A DNA stretch of 64,000 nt from Botryllus schlosseri (taxonomy: Eukaryota): assembly GCA_051294905.1 (NCBI GenBank), contig CM119379.1, positions 27,652,001-27,716,000 on the forward strand, read 5' to 3'. A program made the position numbers and the translations under genes. Positions 61,001 to 64,000 of the stretch are shown in pieces. The notes under the pieces are model-generated. The model worked only from the letters and a program-made list of their open reading frames with translations. It ran no database searches and was not told the origin of the DNA. Position 1 is the stretch's first letter; the number at the start of each line of letters is the position of its first letter.

Positions 61001-64000
61001 TCCAATGGGTTAAAATGAGTGAAAAACACCAATCCTTATGGAGACATATCCCAGGGGTGCATAAGGTTCAGTTTACTAGCGTCACCTTTTGGCAGTTTCT
61101 TGGGGCGGTACACGAAAACATGACATTCTACCAGTCTACATACACCCCTCGGATATGTCCGCAACAAGATTTGGTGTGTTAGACTCATTTCCACCCCTTG
61201 GAAAGATGTGGAAGCGTAATTTGGAGCCTAACTATGCCGTTACTTGATTACACCCCATTATATAAAGGGAATCTGATGAATGCACTCATTTCCACCCACT
61301 GATACCCATTGTATATTGAGGCTCCATTTATTTTTAGCTGCTCGACTGCAAGTGCGATCAGTTAGTGACGGCTCTCACTCACCGGACCATCGAAGCAAAC
61401 CGAGAGAAAATGTGCTCGCCGCTAAACCGCGACCAAGCGATGTACGCGCGAGACGCTCTCTCGAAAGCAATCTATGGCCGCATGTTTGACTGGCTCATCA
61501 ATAAGATCAATGGCTCCCTCGATCTCAAGGTACTTTACTCGCGAAAATAGCGTGTATTCACTTTCACATCTTAAAAGGGGCCATCTAAGAATTCAGAAGT
61601 CCCGTTCTCGTGACGTCGATCGAATATTTTATCTCCCTTGTTAGCGACTGATCCTTACTTGTACAAACCACTGGATTTCAATAAGCGCAACTAGAACTAA
61701 CGGCCTTCAAAATCCCCAACTAACTAACAGCTGCTGATTCGGATTGCTGAATTGCAAGTCTACGAAATTTCGGATATAGAATCGGCATTCTAAGAGGACA
61801 GAATTTCTAGTTTGAAATGTGAGGGTTTCGACCTACAAAACCCAACCTGGCTATACGCCACTGTTAGTATAGCGATGACTCTGAGCTAGCCATGGCTGCA
61901 AGAACATCACACTACAGAACACCGGTATCACGATTCACGGTAAACGATGACACTATTTTTAGTTGTTCTGCAACTATTAGACTAAAACTTAACATATTTA
62001 CGTTTCAAAATGTGCAACTAGATCTAGAACTGCTGACTTGTCAAAATTCGCAATTATAGTTACGTCGACCCAAATCTCGCCTAGTTTCCAAAATCCTACA
62101 AATTTTGCAGGGTCAATCGCGACGCAATCTCATCGGCCTGTTGGATATCTACGGATTTGAAATCTTCCAGAGAAACAGCTTCGAGCAGTTCTGCATCAAT
62201 TTCTGCAACGAGAAGCTTCAGCAGCTTTTCATACGGCTTACTCTTAAACAGGAGCAGGAGGAGTACGAGGCCGAGGGAATCGCTGTGAGTAGAGCTGGAC
62301 AAATTAAGTACTCGGTTTTGAATCGAGTATTAGGCTCCGAGTGGAGCATCAATCATGATAACGTCCTAACAGTACATAGGCGGTCAACTTTTTCGAAGTT
62401 ACTCAAGTAGGTTTTGGCTGCCCGCGCTACTTGTTTGTGTGTTCATGACTTTGGAATACTTGTTCTGCTTCACGGATTTTCAGTTTTTTAGGCAAAACGA
62501 GTCTTACGGTTTACTTGCTTCGAAATCGCTACTTGAAGTTGAGTAGGAATTAATGTCGTCACTTCTACTTGATTACCAACGACTACTTTGATCATATCTG
62601 TAAGAGTGTGGGTGCTATCTAAAGTTCAACTATGCACCTTTTTGCGGCCACAGTGGCTACAATGCCCATTGCTCACCAACTAAAGATAGTTTTTTACGAA
62701 CATAGTTATTTCATTGCACTTTGTGACTATGCTGTGACCACGACTTCAGAGATATATCATTTCTAGTAACGTGCGTAGCTTTGTACTACATGTTTCGAAT
62801 GCTGCGATACCACCAATCGGGATTTTAAGACTTCCACAGAGGAAATAGCATCCAAACGATAATTCTCGTTGCTAAATTAACTCTTGGTGGCACGTAGCGT
62901 ATCATTTCAGTGCTCGAGAAAATAATTTCTCATCACTCGACTCGAATCATAACAATTGATAGTCGATTCAGATCCGAATGCTGTAAGCATTGTGCTCAGC
63001 CGTACTCTATGCCACGTGCGTCGCTTATCGCTGTCACAATTTCAGTGGGAGCCGGTCGAATATTTCAACAACCAGATCATCTGCGATCTGGTGGAGCAAC
63101 GTCACAAAGGCATCGTGGACATACTGGACGAAGAATGTCTGCGTCCCGGCGATCCGACCGACCTGACTTTTCTAAAGAAATTGGAGGAAACGGTCGGAAA
63201 GCATCCGCACTTTGTCACGTACGTTTCTCTCCCGTTATCTAAAGTAGTTTTCTTCAACCTTTTTAGGTGTGCGAACAAAAAGTTTCGCACCCTTTTAGGC
63301 AACTACCCATCAAGTTACTGAGCTGATGTCTAAAAAGAAGTCATGCGTATCACCAGGCTGCCAAATCTCGCTAATACATCGTAGTTGCCTGTCGACTGAA
63401 GACAATGGTCAGCAGCTCTGCGCTGATCTGATAACGGCCTAATTCATAGCCTCGTTTCCAGGAAAACTAGTCAGCGATTCTGTTGGACAACTAGAATATT
63501 ATTAGTTTTTCTAAATTAGTTTCGTTTTAGAATGACTGAATTCTCTAGAACTTGGAAATTCGACTATATACATCGTGGACTAGTAAACTAAAATCAAGTT
63601 CAGTCCATATCACATAAGAGTCGATTCTCGTCAACACGAGAATGGCAAATGTCCGCACAGCAAGCTTGGCTTGTTTCGCACGATGCCGTTTTCCTGAAGC
63701 ATTTTCAGGAAAACCAGAAATTCGATTCGATTTGAAATGAGAGCTTAGAAACATTTGTCCAAGTTTGGTTAGCAAGCTCGCGAACGTCACGGGTAGGATG
63801 TAAAACACAGCTGTAATGTGAAAATTTTGTCATGTGCTGTTGTGTACCCACCACCCATGCGTACACGGGCACCCCATGCGAAAATTACACACTAGAAGAG
63901 CACTGACTGACGGATGTTATTTTATCAGGCATTCTCTCGCGGATCCCAAAGTCCGAAAGACGATGCAGTATGACGAATTCCGACTTCAGCACTACGCGGG
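55041..64000 (+). CDS. MYO1C: Unconventional myosin IC (class I myosin), motor domain N-terminal half; continues beyond the window
   Basis: Exons 55014/55041-55166, 55220-55335, 55838-56036, 58564-58698, 59144-59269, 59809-59901, 60081-60197, 61338-61529, 62111-62284, 63046-63218 and 63929->64000. [25 protein letters not shown] is identical to vertebrate MYO1C. P-loop [19 protein letters not shown] and LLDIYGFE are present; the TEDS position is Glu. Confidence 0.94.
56274..56905. mobile_element. TIR element with about 70-bp imperfect inverted termini in a MYO1C intron
   Basis: GGTCGTGCCAGTC...AGTCGCTTTTACTTC at the left is mirrored by GAAGTAAAAGCGACT...CTGGCACGGCC at the right. No clear TSD. 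Confidence 0.6.
57037..58397. mobile_element. Non-autonomous hAT (Charlie-type) element in a MYO1C intron, containing a G-module fragment
   Basis: Ends TAGGGGTCTCCAAC...GTTGGCGACCCCTG, with a GCGGCCCGCGGGCCGC motif and perfect TSD TGCTAGCC (57029-57036 and 58398-58405). Confidence 0.9.
59632..59802. mobile_element. Family C MITE (GACTCGAGTC-rich), ending 6 nt before a MYO1C exon
   Basis: Ends CAGAGTTGTAA...TTGTAACCCGG. Relatives at about 8546-8764, 40890-41140, 43830-43960 and 49528-49960. Confidence 0.7.
60946..61256. repeat. Long imperfect palindrome (foldback MITE) in a MYO1C intron
   Basis: Arms of about 130 bp. The left arm agggtgtgaatcag...aaatgagtgaaaaacaccaatcctt...gacatatcccaggggtg is mirrored by the right arm. 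Confidence 0.65.

Noticed and set aside
1-64000. Non-canonical introns, as in some larvacean tunicates, or U12 introns
   Set aside because: Every reconstructed intron in the spliced genes is GT-AG with consistent phase.

Overview
Eukaryotic (metazoan) genomic DNA; not prokaryotic, no CRISPR. The vertebrate-like proteins combined with compact 53-61 nt minimal introns suggest an invertebrate chordate such as an ascidian, but that taxon is an inference. Six protein-coding genes can be reconstructed by hand, all with GT-AG introns: the 3' end of eIF4G2/DAP5 (+, runs off the left edge); a complete CaMKIV (-, 10 exons, 350 aa); a complete but truncated STIP1/Hop-like co-chaperone (+, 8 exons, TPR1-DP1-TPR2A only); a complete AP-2 alpha-adaptin (+, 23 exons, 927 aa); an intronless protein with two tandem DUF2439 (ZGRF1/Mte1-type) domains and no helicase (+); and the 5' half of myosin IC (+, runs off the right edge). 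Larger introns and intergenic DNA are dense with non-autonomous DNA transposons, often nested. These include many hAT MITEs with readable 8-bp TSDs, a hAT transposase remnant, a Harbinger-like element and a foldback element with a 12-bp duplication, plus LINE 3' ends and a tRNA-derived SINE. The best leads are: (1) two candidate upstream micro-exons for myosin IC that would make nuclear-myosin-I-like N-termini, one encoding MRYRAS, identical to the start of vertebrate NM1; (2) the half-Hop with an altered Hsp90 clamp; (3) the helicase-less tandem DUF2439 gene; (4) the foldback element and the cargo-carrying hAT elements. All exon structures and alignments were made by eye; repeat coordinates without a stated TSD are approximate.
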